Shown in pieces: positions 37,188 to 46,180 of a DNA stretch of 54,326 bases (positions are counted from its first letter, which is position 1; every line of letters starts with the position of its first letter). The translations under genes and the position numbers were made by a program. The stretch is from Candidatus Limnocylindrales bacterium (lineage in GTDB: Bacteria > Chloroflexota > Limnocylindria > Limnocylindrales > CSP1-4), in the NCBI GenBank assembly GCA_046595595.1, contig JBKJOK010000184.1:1-54326 (forward strand), written 5' to 3'. The notes beneath the pieces are model-generated. The model saw only the letters and a program-made list of their open reading frames with translations. It had not been told where the DNA came from and did no database searches.

Positions 37188-40100
37188 TCATCCCAGTCCG
37201 AGCGTCATGACCTCGACGACCGGAGACGCGCTGGCTCCGCCACTGGCGCCGACCATGGCAGGCACTGCCCGCGTCGCCTGCTCCGCAGCAACCTCGACGA
37301 GGCGACAGATCGCATTTGCCTTGCGCATCTCGTCGGGGCCGTGCGGCGCGACGAGGAGGAGGTCCGGGCTGGCCACGACCAGGGCCAGGCCCATCGCTCG
37401 CGAGACCGCGACGTTCAGCCGGTGGCCGTCGTACAGGAATGACATCCCCCGGGGCGCGTCATCGGCGGACGAGGCGGCCATCGAATAGATCGCGACCGGT
37501 GCCTCCTGGCCCTGGAAGCGGTCCACCGTGCCGACACGGGCCAGCTTCCCGAGTCGTCTCGTGGCCGCAGTCTGGATCGCCGCGACGTGGGCGTTGTACG
37601 GCGCGACGACCACGATGTCGTCGATACCGAGCTGGCGCGAGCGACCGTGGCGATCGACCCACGTCCGCCCGAGCAGGTCCTCGATTGCGTCCACGACGAC
37701 CTGCGCCTCCGCGACCGACGACGAATCGTCGCCGTCGTGGGTGACCGGCAGCCAGCGGATCCCGGTGCCGCCGATCGGCGGGTCTCCGTCAAGCGACTGG
37801 CGGGCCGTCGCGGGGTCGGGTCCGAGCCTGCCCTCGTAGAAGATCTCGGCGATGTAGCCGTTGACGTCGGGGTGCATCCGGTACGTCGTCGGCAGGAGCA
37901 GGCCGCGCTCCGGCGCAACGGTCATGGCATCGCCGACGAGGTGCTCGAGTGCCGAGACGCCGGCGCCCTCCGGGTGGATGCCCTGGGTGACCTGGGGGAG
38001 CTGGTTCGGGTCGCCGAGCAGGACGAGCGATCGCGCGGCGCCGGCCACGGCCAGCGCGTTCGCCAGGCTGAGCTGACCGGCCTCGTCCACGAACAGCACG
38101 TCGACCGACTCGTCGAGGTCGGCTCGCGCCCAGAGCCAGGCCGTGCCCGCCGCGATCGGGAACGAGCCGGCGAGGAGCGGAGCGACCGCCGACGCCTCAT
38201 CGACGACCCGAACTCCGGCCTTCTTCGAGCCGGCCTCGCCGTCGGACTTCTGGACCGCGCAGAACTCGAGGTGCCGTTCGGCGAACGCCTCGGCCGTCTT
38301 GTCGAGCAGGTTCGTGATCGCCTTGTGCGACTGGGCCGTGATGCCGACCTTCTTCCCGGCCGCCACAAGCGCGGCGATCATTCGTGCGCCGGTGTACGTC
38401 TTTCCGGAGCCCGGTGGTCCCTGAATCGGCAGGACGCCGTGGTTGAGATCGAGCGCCAGGCGGATGGCGGCGTCGAGGATCGGCTCGCCCTCCGTGACCA
38501 GCGGCGTCGTGGTGGGCATGCCGCCTTGATTCGCGAGGCGCGGTGTTGTCCGGGCGACGAGGTCGCGTCCCGCGCGCCGGTGCGGCAACCGGTCGGCCGG
38601 TTCGAGCCCGCGTTCGAGGACGTCGTCGGCGGCACGGCGTAGGGCGTCGCGCAGGACATCCACCTGGATCGGCTTGCCCGGGATCAGCGCCGCCGGGTGC
38701 CGGTCGAGCTTGGTGGCCGTCCGATGGAGGTCGATCCAGCCGCGCGCGTCGTCGATCGCGACGACGCGCCCCGCGTCGAGGCCATTCTCGCCATCGGGCT
38801 CGATCGCCGACCGGCCGACCCGGATCTTGTGATCCTGGGGCGTGAATCGATAGCGCCGGACGAACCCGCCGCGCCCGCGCTCCTCGAGGTCTGCCTCGAA
38901 CTCGAGCCCGCCGATACCCTCGCCCGATTCGACGAGGTCGTCGACGCCGAGCTCGTTGAGGCGGTAGAAGTTCCACCACTCGGGTTTTGCGTCGCGGCCA
39001 TGCCAGTCGAGGAGCTGGGCGAGAAGCCAGCGGTCGCGTTGGTCCGGCGTCGCATTCGAGCGGTCGGCGGGAACGTCGATGGTCAGGGCCTCGACCCGAC
39101 GCGCCGTTTCTGCCTGTTGGGCACTCTGCTTCTCGCCCGGCAGTCCGTCGTCGACCGTCGGGCGGTCCATGGGCCAGCCGCGCGCGGTCGCCTCGCGCCG
39201 GCGGTCCTCGAGCCAGTCCCGGAGCAGCCACGTCGACACGCAGTCGTCGCGGTTGTAGTCGGCGAGGTCGGTCAGGTGCTGGGCGTCGCCGTCGCGAAGC
39301 CAGGTCTCATAGGCGACCACCGAGAACCCGGCGTCCGTGACCGGCCCTTCACGAGCCGGGAGGTAGAACTTCTCGATCCGCTTGATCGAGTACGACTCGA
39401 CCGATGCGCGCACGCCCTGGCGGACGACGTTGTAGAGATCGACGAGGATGCCGCCGCGAAGGAGCCGATCGACCTCGTCGACGCGTGTCGCGTGACGCTG
39501 CATCAGGCGCTTGATCGCTCCCGTCTCGTAGCCGGCGTAGTGGTAGACGTGCATCGTCGGGTCGCGCGCGAGGCGCTCCAGGACGAGGTCGATGAACGTC
39601 TCGAACGCGGCCTTCTCAGCCGCTCGGTCGTGGCCCCAGAGCGCGCGGTATCCGGCCGATCCGCCGTCCACCTCGACGACGCCGAGGAGGTACTCGAGCC
39701 CGCCGTTCTCCATCCATGGGTCGGCCTCGATATCGAAGAAGAGGTCGAGCGGGGACGGCTCCGGCAGGAGCGCGAGGCCGCGGCCGGGCTCGTCCGGCAC
39801 CGGCTCGATCAGCTCGTAGAGGAGCGTCCGACCGTCCTCGCCGGCCACCTGGATCCCCGCCTGGAGGCGGAGGCGGTCGAGCGTCCGCGGGTTCAGGTCG
39901 GCGACGACCCTTGCCGGATCGAGCGTTGCGAGGTCGCGTCGGGTCGGGACGCCAGCCTCCTGAAGGCGCTGGGTGACGGCACGAGTCATGCCGGCAACGA
40001 TCGACGGATGGTCGTCGGCGCGGCGCCGGGCCATGCACGACGGGAACCAGGCGCAGACGCGGCAGTGGTCGACCGGATCCGGGTAGGTCGCCGGCGGATC

Positions 40101-40733
40101 GGCTCGAACGGCACCGAAGACGCGATCCTCGAACCGGCTACGCACCGCCCGGTAGAACGCCGCGAAGTCCTCGAGCCGGAGGGTGTGCGTCTCCGAGTCT
40201 CCGGTCACGACGTGAATCCGCGCCGGCCGTCGGCCCTGGACCCGCTCGAGCCGATCCGAGTACACGCACACCTGGAGAAGCGCCGAACCCTTCACTGACC
40301 GCGCCAGCTTCGTGTCCGCGACCTCGTAGTGCCAGTCGCCAAGCTCGGAATCGCCGTCCACGCGGAGCAGGAAGTCGGCGTGGCCACGCCATCGACCGTC
40401 GAACAGCGTCGCTTGGTAGATCACGTCGAAGCCGGCGTGCATCGCCGCAATCGTGTCGTCCTCGGCGGCGCGCAGGCGCTCCGGGGTCGTCAGCTCGTCC
40501 TTCGTCCCGACGTGAACCGACTTGCCCGCTGCTCGCAGCCGCTCGAGGTACGCGAGCTCGTGGGCGTCGCCGCGTTCCTGAAGGAGGACCACCTCGGGGT
40601 CCGTCCGTTGGTGTGGCTTCTCCCACAGCCCGTCGAGCCGGCCGAGCTCGAGGGTGGTCAGGTGGCCGCACTCGAGGAACCCGACGAGGTCCGTGGCGCT
40701 GACGACGACGGACCCGTCGACATGTCTCTGCAC
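37188..40733 (-). CDS. three-domain fusion of a Cas4/RecB-like Fe-S PD-(D/E)XK nuclease, an RNase-H-fold (DnaQ-like) exonuclease domain and an Upf1/Dna2-like SF1 helicase (TM0106-like family)
   Basis: Nuclease: C22, HADFLL, YEVADTKL, C224-x2-C227-x5-C233. Exonuclease fold: FFDIEADPW, YHYAGYE, YNRDDC. Helicase: GPPGSGKT, FVDEAGQ, LLGDPNQLPQV, VDRFQGQE, LNVAVSRA. Confidence 0.85.
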   Translation of the reverse strand: MQRHVDGSVVVSATDLVGFLECGHLTTLELGRLDGLWEKPHQRTDPEVVLLQERGDAHELAYLERLRAAGKSVHVGTKDELTTPERLRAAEDDTIAAMHAGFDVIYQATLFDGRWRGHADFLLRVDGDSELGDWHYEVADTKLARSVKGSALLQVCVYSDRLERVQGRRPARIHVVTGDSETHTLRLEDFAAFYRAVRSRFEDRVFGAVRADPPATYPDPVDHCRVCAWFPSCMARRRADDHPSIVAGMTRAVTQRLQEAGVPTRRDLATLDPARVVADLNPRTLDRLRLQAGIQVAGEDGRTLLYELIEPVPDEPGRGLALLPEPSPLDLFFDIEADPWMENGGLEYLLGVVEVDGGSAGYRALWGHDRAAEKAAFETFIDLVLERLARDPTMHVYHYAGYETGAIKRLMQRHATRVDEVDRLLRGGILVDLYNVVRQGVRASVESYSIKRIEKFYLPAREGPVTDAGFSVVAYETWLRDGDAQHLTDLADYNRDDCVSTWLLRDWLEDRRREATARGWPMDRPTVDDGLPGEKQSAQQAETARRVEALTIDVPADRSNATPDQRDRWLLAQLLDWHGRDAKPEWWNFYRLNELGVDDLVESGEGIGGLEFEADLEERGRGGFVRRYRFTPQDHKIRVGRSAIEPDGENGLDAGRVVAIDDARGWIDLHRTATKLDRHPAALIPGKPIQVDVLRDALRRAADDVLERGLEPADRLPHRRAGRDLVARTTPRLANQGGMPTTTPLVTEGEPILDAAIRLALDLNHGVLPIQGPPGSGKTYTGARMIAALVAAGKKVGITAQSHKAITNLLDKTAEAFAERHLEFCAVQKSDGEAGSKKAGVRVVDEASAVAPLLAGSFPIAAGTAWLWARADLDESVDVLFVDEAGQLSLANALAVAGAARSLVLLGDPNQLPQVTQGIHPEGAGVSALEHLVGDAMTVAPERGLLLPTTYRMHPDVNGYIAEIFYEGRLGPDPATARQSLDGDPPIGGTGIRWLPVTHDGDDSSSVAEAQVVVDAIEDLLGRTWVDRHGRSRQLGIDDIVVVAPYNAHVAAIQTAATRRLGKLARVGTVDRFQGQEAPVAIYSMAASSADDAPRGMSFLYDGHRLNVAVSRAMGLALVVASPDLLLVAPHGPDEMRKANAICRLVEVAAEQATRAVPAMVGASGGASASPVVEVMTLGLG

Positions 40734-40784
40734 GCGAGAACCTTAGCCCGGCCGCGTGCCACCTTGCCTGTCACGGCTCGCCGG

Positions 40785-42140
40785 TCAGGCGGGCCGCAGC
40801 CCGCGCCACGTATCGAGCGCCCACTTCCAGTCCTGCGGGTCGTCGATCTCGATCCGGATCGCCGCCCCGCGACCGCGGACCGCGCTGAACCCCTCGACGG
40901 TCGCGACCTCGATCCCGGAGCTCGGGTCCGAGGCGAGCCGCGCCCGGCCGCGGACGACGCCGTCGTCGTGTTCGATCGCGTCGTGTCCGAGGTGGCCCGC
41001 AACCTGGCGCAGGAACAGGTCGGCCGACATCGGCTGACCACCCTGGGCAGTCTCCACGCCGGCCAGGGTGATGCTCCGGCCGGCCTCGCCACCGGCCCAT
41101 TCCTCGGTCGTCCGGGTGCTCGTGAACGAGCCCGGGACCTCGAGCGCCCAGCCCTCGTGGACGATCGTGACCGGCCGGCGCCGATAGCCGATCGGGGCAT
41201 CGCCCTCGGTGGCTGCGCCGCCCACCAGCGGTCCGGCGCCGCGATCGAGGAGCTGGCGCGTCGCCTGGTCGGGCAGTCCGCGGAGCTGGAACAGCTCGCG
41301 CCACTCGCGCCAGGGCCAGGCGATCCCGGGCTCCAGCGGGTAGGCGCGCCGGAGCAGCCCGAGCACCTCGTCGGCGAGGGCGGTTTCCTGGGCGTTGATC
41401 GGCGGGCGCCAGCGGACGTCGAGCCACAGCAGACACAGCGCTCGGTTGAACAGGTATCGGGCATCCATCGCGTCGGCGACCCACGGCCAGACGTCGGCCG
41501 CGACCCGCGGATCGGCCAACGCCCGCTCGAGCCAGGCGTCGTCGCGCGGCCCGAGAACCGTCGCAACGGCACCCTCGAAGGTGAAGCGAACGCCCGGCGG
41601 CGTCGCCAGGTGGAGGCCGTCGGCCCGCTGCCGGCGCGCGTCGCGGACCGCCGTCAGCGCCGATCGGAGCCAGCCCAGGTGTCCGCGTTCGGCATCACGC
41701 CGGTCGCCGGAGCCGAAGGCCCCGGTCGGATCGATCGAGCTCCCAGGATCGGCGGTGACCGCGCCGACGGCCACCCGCCCGGCCGCAATCGACGTCGGTG
41801 TCGCGAGCGAAGCCCAGGTGATGTCGTGCTCGTCGCCCATCCGCTCGAGCAGGCTGACGATGAAGGTGTGGTAGCCCGGGCCGACCGGCACGGTCATCGC
41901 GTTGACCGTGACGACGCCGAGCTGGGTGGTCTCGATCCGGATCGGACGGGCGGCCGGATGGAGCTGGACCTCGAGGGTGCCGTCGCCGGTCCGGGTGCCG
42001 GGGACGTGGCCGCGGAGAGCGTCGGCGGTGGCGCCGGGCAGCCACTCGTCGATCGAGGCGACGAGCGCGGCGGCCGTCGGGACGCGCCGCCGGGCGCCCC
42101 GCCGAGCAGCCTGGCCGACGGCCCGGATCGTGATGGACAA
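40785..42140 (-). CDS. hypothetical 451-aa soluble protein, no family recognised
   Basis: High GC3 throughout. TTG 42140 lies 6 nt after GGGGAGG. Trp-rich (WPWVADAM, LLWLDVRWRPP, IAWPWREWREL, DWKWALDTWRGL). The first 87 aa of ORF 40785..42401 are Arg-rich and overlap the divergent DUF1992 gene, so they were excluded. Confidence 0.55.
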   Translation of the reverse strand: MSITIRAVGQAARRGARRRVPTAAALVASIDEWLPGATADALRGHVPGTRTGDGTLEVQLHPAARPIRIETTQLGVVTVNAMTVPVGPGYHTFIVSLLERMGDEHDITWASLATPTSIAAGRVAVGAVTADPGSSIDPTGAFGSGDRRDAERGHLGWLRSALTAVRDARRQRADGLHLATPPGVRFTFEGAVATVLGPRDDAWLERALADPRVAADVWPWVADAMDARYLFNRALCLLWLDVRWRPPINAQETALADEVLGLLRRAYPLEPGIAWPWREWRELFQLRGLPDQATRQLLDRGAGPLVGGAATEGDAPIGYRRRPVTIVHEGWALEVPGSFTSTRTTEEWAGGEAGRSITLAGVETAQGGQPMSADLFLRQVAGHLGHDAIEHDDGVVRGRARLASDPSSGIEVATVEGFSAVRGRGAAIRIEIDDPQDWKWALDTWRGLRPA

Positions 42141-42241
42141 GATCAACCTCCCCGCGCGCGAACTCGCTCTCCCGACGATACCCGGTCGGGCGCCCGGTTG
42201 GACAGGAGGACGCTTGGCGGGTCGATCGCTATCCTTCTGGC

Positions 42242-42673
42242 GTGGACCGTCCGCACGAGCCCCTGATCGACCGCCAGATCCGCGAGGCTCGCGAAGCCGG
42301 TCAGTTCGACGATCTGCCGTTTCGCGGCGAGCCGATCCCGCTCGAGGACGACAGCGCCGCGGGCGATTGGGCGCTCGCCCACCGCGTCCTGAAGAACGCA
42401 AACATGGTCCCGCCCTGGATTGCCACCGATCGCGAGGTCCGCGAGTTCCTCACCCGGCGCGACACGATCGTCGCTCGCGCCGCGCAGTCCAGCGCGATCG
42501 GCCGGGAACGGGACCGGGCGGAGTTGCGGCGCGTCGTCGAAGACGCCAATCGCGCGATTGCGATCCTCAACAACGAAGCGCCGACCGACCGCCAGCATCG
42601 CCGCCGCCTGGATCTGGCAACCGAGCTCGCGGTGCTCGAGCGACTGTACGCGGGCGACGGCGAACCGGGCTAG
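42242..42673 (+). CDS. DUF1992 (DnaJ-C28-like) protein
   Basis: LIDRQIREAREAGQFDDLPFRGEPIPLEDD...AHRVLKNANMVPPWI is the family signature. GTG start. Confidence 0.75.
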   Translation: MDRPHEPLIDRQIREAREAGQFDDLPFRGEPIPLEDDSAAGDWALAHRVLKNANMVPPWIATDREVREFLTRRDTIVARAAQSSAIGRERDRAELRRVVEDANRAIAILNNEAPTDRQHRRRLDLATELAVLERLYAGDGEPG

Positions 42674-44040
42674 CTCACGAGCGCGGCAACCGCCTCATCG
42701 AAGACCTCGGTGTGGCGATCCACGTCGGCGGCGACCGTCGCCGGGCTCATCAGGGCCATGTTGTGGAACGGGGTCATCAGCACGCCGCGATTCATCAGGG
42801 CGAGGTGCAGGTAGCGGTTGAGCAGGGGGTCGTCGCTCGCGACCTTCTCGGCGCCATCGCGCGGCGGGGTCGCGGAGAAGTGATATTCCGCCCGGGCCCC
42901 GAGCCGGATCACGTGCCACGGGACGCCGCGCGACCGGATCACCTCGTTGACGCCTGCCTCCCAGCGTTCCGCCAGGGGGATCATCCGGTCGAACGCCTCG
43001 TCGGTCAGAACCTCGCCGAGGGTCGCCCGGATCGCGGCCAGGGACAGGGCGTAGCCCGCGAGCGTGCCCCCGATCCCGCCGATGTCCGCTCGGGGCGGCA
43101 GGGCGGCCCGGACGCGCTCGGCGATGGCCTGGGTCATGCCGTAGGTTCCGACCGGGATCCCGCCGCCGATCGTCTTGCCGATGACGAGCATGTCGGGCTC
43201 GAGCCCGTCGCGGGCGGTCATCCCGCCGGGGCCGGCGCAGATCGTGTGCGTCTCGTCGATGATCAGGACGGTCCCGGCTCGACGGGTCAGGTCGCGCAGG
43301 GCGTCGTGATAGCCGGGCTCGGGCAGGACGATCCCCACGTTGGTGAGGGCCGGCTCGACAAGGACGGCCGCGACGTCCCCTTCTTCCAGAGCCCGCTCCA
43401 GGGCGAGCACGTCGTTGAACGGCACGACCCGGGTCGTCAGGGCGGGATCCACCGGCGGCCCGATGTTCAAATCGGTCGCGACGACTCGTCCATCCACATC
43501 AAGTGTGGCGAGGGTCTCGTCCACCGAGCCGTGGTAGCACTCGTCGTGGACGAGGATCTTCGACCGGCCCGTGATCGCCCGGGCGAGCCGGATCGAGAAC
43601 CGGTTGGCGTCCGTCGCGGTCATCGTGAACTGCCACAGCGGCAGGCCGAACCGACGGGTCAGCTCGTCACCGGCCGCGATCGAATCCTCGGTCGGGAGCA
43701 TGTGGGTGATCCCGCGACGCATCTGGCGCTCGACAGCGGCGATCGTGGCCGCCGGGCCGTGGCCGGCCATCGCGCCAGTGTCGCCGAGGCAGAAATCCAC
43801 GTAGTCGTGGCCGTCGACGCAGCGGAAGCCGGCCCCGGACGCACTCTCGACGAAGAGCGGGAAGGGCGAGGCCCACTCGTTCATCCAGTTCATGGGGACA
43901 CCGTCGAGGAGCGACGCCTTCGCCTGCTCGTGGAGCTTGCCGGACCGCGGATGGGCCCGGGCGAAGCGATCGAGCTCGGCTGCAAGCAGCCCGGCGAGGC
44001 GGTCGCGATCGACGGTGAAGGTCGGCGCCGGTGTCGTCAT
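42670..44040 (-). CDS. class III (GSA-aminomutase-like) PLP-dependent aminotransferase
   Basis: ...DFCLGDTGAMAGHG...TATDANRFSIRLARAITGR...HGS...VLVEPALTNVGIVLP...LIIDETHT...DMLVIGKTIGGGIP has the PLP-Lys context IGK. Confidence 0.85.
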   Translation of the reverse strand: MTTPAPTFTVDRDRLAGLLAAELDRFARAHPRSGKLHEQAKASLLDGVPMNWMNEWASPFPLFVESASGAGFRCVDGHDYVDFCLGDTGAMAGHGPAATIAAVERQMRRGITHMLPTEDSIAAGDELTRRFGLPLWQFTMTATDANRFSIRLARAITGRSKILVHDECYHGSVDETLATLDVDGRVVATDLNIGPPVDPALTTRVVPFNDVLALERALEEGDVAAVLVEPALTNVGIVLPEPGYHDALRDLTRRAGTVLIIDETHTICAGPGGMTARDGLEPDMLVIGKTIGGGIPVGTYGMTQAIAERVRAALPPRADIGGIGGTLAGYALSLAAIRATLGEVLTDEAFDRMIPLAERWEAGVNEVIRSRGVPWHVIRLGARAEYHFSATPPRDGAEKVASDDPLLNRYLHLALMNRGVLMTPFHNMALMSPATVAADVDRHTEVFDEAVAALVS

Positions 44041-44170
44041 CCCGACGAGGATGCGTCAGCCGCGCAGAGCGAGCCGGACGATCCCGTGAGGCGCGACGCC
44101 GGCGGCCGCGGGCCGTCGCGGGTCCGTGCCGTGCCGCCTGCCGGTGCCGCCCCGAGCCCATCTGCTCGTT

Positions 44171-44330
44171 GCACGCCAGGCGAGCGTTACGACGCCCGGG
44201 ACGGCCGCGCGGGGCCGGTCACGGGCCTTGCGACGAAGTTTTGAACGCCGGGCGTGCGATTCGGCGGCTGACGGGGAGCCGGGCCGGCCATCGGGCCCGT
44301 TCGTTCGTCACAACGCTCGCATGGCGCGCA
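44171..44330. repeat. ~160-bp element bounded by ~35-bp imperfect terminal inverted repeats (MITE-like, REP-like or a structured RNA)
   Basis: Left end is GCACGCCAGGCGAGCGTTACGACGCCCGGGACGG. The reverse complement of the right end is TGCGCGCCATGCGAGCGTTGTGACGAACGAACGGGCC. It lies in the 355-bp gap upstream of the aminotransferase gene. Confidence 0.6.
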
Positions 44331-44395
44331 TTCGTTTGCTGGCAGGGGCGCGCGATGTTGAGCCGGCGCGTGGGCCGGCGCCTCGGCCCGGACGA

Positions 44396-44584
44396 TCAGT
44401 GAGTGTGGCGGGTGAAGCCGCAGACGGGGCAGGTCGCGATCTCGGTGTCGGGATCCACGATCAGGAAGCTGGTGCAGCCGTTCGTGCTGCAGTAGGGACG
44501 GGTGGCGGTCGAGGCCCGGCGGCGCATGCGGCGCATGGCCACGGAGCGACCCGCCACCGAGGCGGTGGTGGTGCGAGTCATCAT
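44396..44584 (-). CDS. 62-aa zinc-ribbon miniprotein with an Arg-rich N-terminal half
   Basis: MMTRTTTASVAGRSVAMRRMRRRAST...YCSTNGCTSFLIVDPDTEIATCPVCGF carries C-x4-C ... C-x2-C. The SD site is weak. Confidence 0.45.
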   Translation of the reverse strand: MMTRTTTASVAGRSVAMRRMRRRASTATRPYCSTNGCTSFLIVDPDTEIATCPVCGFTRHTH

Positions 44585-44992
44585 GTGTTCGTACTGGTTT
44601 CTTTCTGGCTCGCTCGTGGTCGCGGGCGCTGCTGGCGCTCGGCGCGGCACGACGGCCGGTTGACTGGTCCGCTCATCGGACGGCTCGGTGTCGGGAGCCG
44701 GAGCGGGTTGACGAATTCCTTTCCCGGGGCATCCGGGGGAGCAGGTTGCGCTCTACCGGTTGGATGCCACGACGGGTGACAAGGGGAATGATGCCGTTCC
44801 ACCCCGATTCCGTCAAACGGTCCTATCGGGCGGCGTCGCCGAGGATTGGTCATGGCTGCCGCCGACGACGGTCCCCGATGTACGCAGATTCAGAAACTAC
44901 AACCATGATCAAATCGAACCGAAGTTGCGCCAACCGCATCCAGTCGGCAGACTCCCATCCGTCCGAAGCATCCACATCGACGGAGGGATCCC

Positions 44993-46180
44993 TTGCCGAC
45001 GTCCATGATCGCGCGCGTTCGGCGCAGTGCGATCGCCCTTGCCACGATGGCCGTGTTCCTCGTCGGGCTCGTGCCCGCCGTCGGTGCCGCCGACGTCCTC
45101 GCCGTCACGACACCGTATCCGTCGATCGCGGTCGCACCCGGCTCCAACGCCAGCTTCGACCTCAGCGTGACGACGGCGACCGAGGGGACCGTGGCGCTGG
45201 CGGTCAGCGGCGCACCGACCGGCTGGAAGGCGACCCTCCACGGCGGAGGCTTCGTGGTCTCGGGCGTGACCGCGGCCCCGGGCAAGCCGGGCTCGGCCCG
45301 CCTCGACGTCACGGTTCCGGGTGACGCCACCGGCAACGCCTCGCTGACCGTCACGGCGAAGCTCGGCGGTCAGACCGTCACTCTGCCGATCACTGTCGCG
45401 GTCAACGCCGACGTCGCGGGCGAGACCACCTTGACGACAAACTCACCGACCCTGACCGGCGCGAGCGACGCGACCTTCAGCTTCGACCTCACCCTCACCA
45501 ACGGCTCCGCCCAGGACCAGACGGTGTCGGCGACCGCGACCGGACCGGCCGACTGGACGGTCGCGGCCAAGCTGTCGGCCGCCCAGGCCGCGAGCACCGT
45601 CGTCAAGGCCGGCGCCTCGACGACGATCACGGTCACCGCCAACCCCCCGCCGGACGCTCCCGCCGGCAAGACCGTGATCGCGGTGACCGCCAACGTCGGG
45701 ACCCAGACGATCGAGCAGGCCCTTGGGGTGGAGATCACCGGAACCTTCTCGATGAGCCTCTCGACGCCCAACCAGCTCGTCTCGGCCCATGGCGCGGCCG
45801 GCGGCGGGACGATCCAGCAGATCGTGATCACGAACACCGGCACCGGGCCGCTGGCGAACGTTGCCCTGAGCGCGACCCAGCCGACGAATTGGACGGTGAC
45901 CTTCGATCAGGAGACCATCCCGGTCATCCAGCCCGGCCCGGACGCGGCCGTGACGGTGACGGCCACGATCACCCCGATCGGCGAGGCGGTCACCGGCGAC
46001 TACCAGGTCACGATCAGCGCGGCCGCTGCCGGCGAGGGTGGGGCGGGCGCGGCTCGGGGATCCCTGCCCATGACCTTCACCGTCGAGACCTCGCCGATCT
46101 GGCTCCTCGCCGGGTTCGGCCTGATCGTGGTCATCCTGGCCGCCCTGTTCTACGTCTTCCGGACATACGGCCGCCGATGA
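44993..46180 (+). CDS. secreted, C-terminally anchored protein with repeated NEW3/CARDB-like beta-sandwich domains (COG1470-like)
   Basis: Signal peptide IALATMAVFLVGLVPAVGA. Four repeats of the type APGSNASFDLSV...APTGWKATL, FSFDLTLTN...GPADWTVAA and IVITNTG...QPTNWTVTF. C-terminal TM. TTG 44993 lies 6 nt after GGAGGG. Confidence 0.75.
   Translation: MPTSMIARVRRSAIALATMAVFLVGLVPAVGAADVLAVTTPYPSIAVAPGSNASFDLSVTTATEGTVALAVSGAPTGWKATLHGGGFVVSGVTAAPGKPGSARLDVTVPGDATGNASLTVTAKLGGQTVTLPITVAVNADVAGETTLTTNSPTLTGASDATFSFDLTLTNGSAQDQTVSATATGPADWTVAAKLSAAQAASTVVKAGASTTITVTANPPPDAPAGKTVIAVTANVGTQTIEQALGVEITGTFSMSLSTPNQLVSAHGAAGGGTIQQIVITNTGTGPLANVALSATQPTNWTVTFDQETIPVIQPGPDAAVTVTATITPIGEAVTGDYQVTISAAAAGEGGAGAARGSLPMTFTVETSPIWLLAGFGLIVVILAALFYVFRTYGRR

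Noticed and set aside
42141-42401. Upstream 87 codons of ORF 40785..42401.
   Set aside because: They are Arg/Gly/Pro-rich and overlap the divergent DUF1992 gene start. An internal TTG with a GGGGAGG site at ideal spacing gives a cleaner start at 42140.
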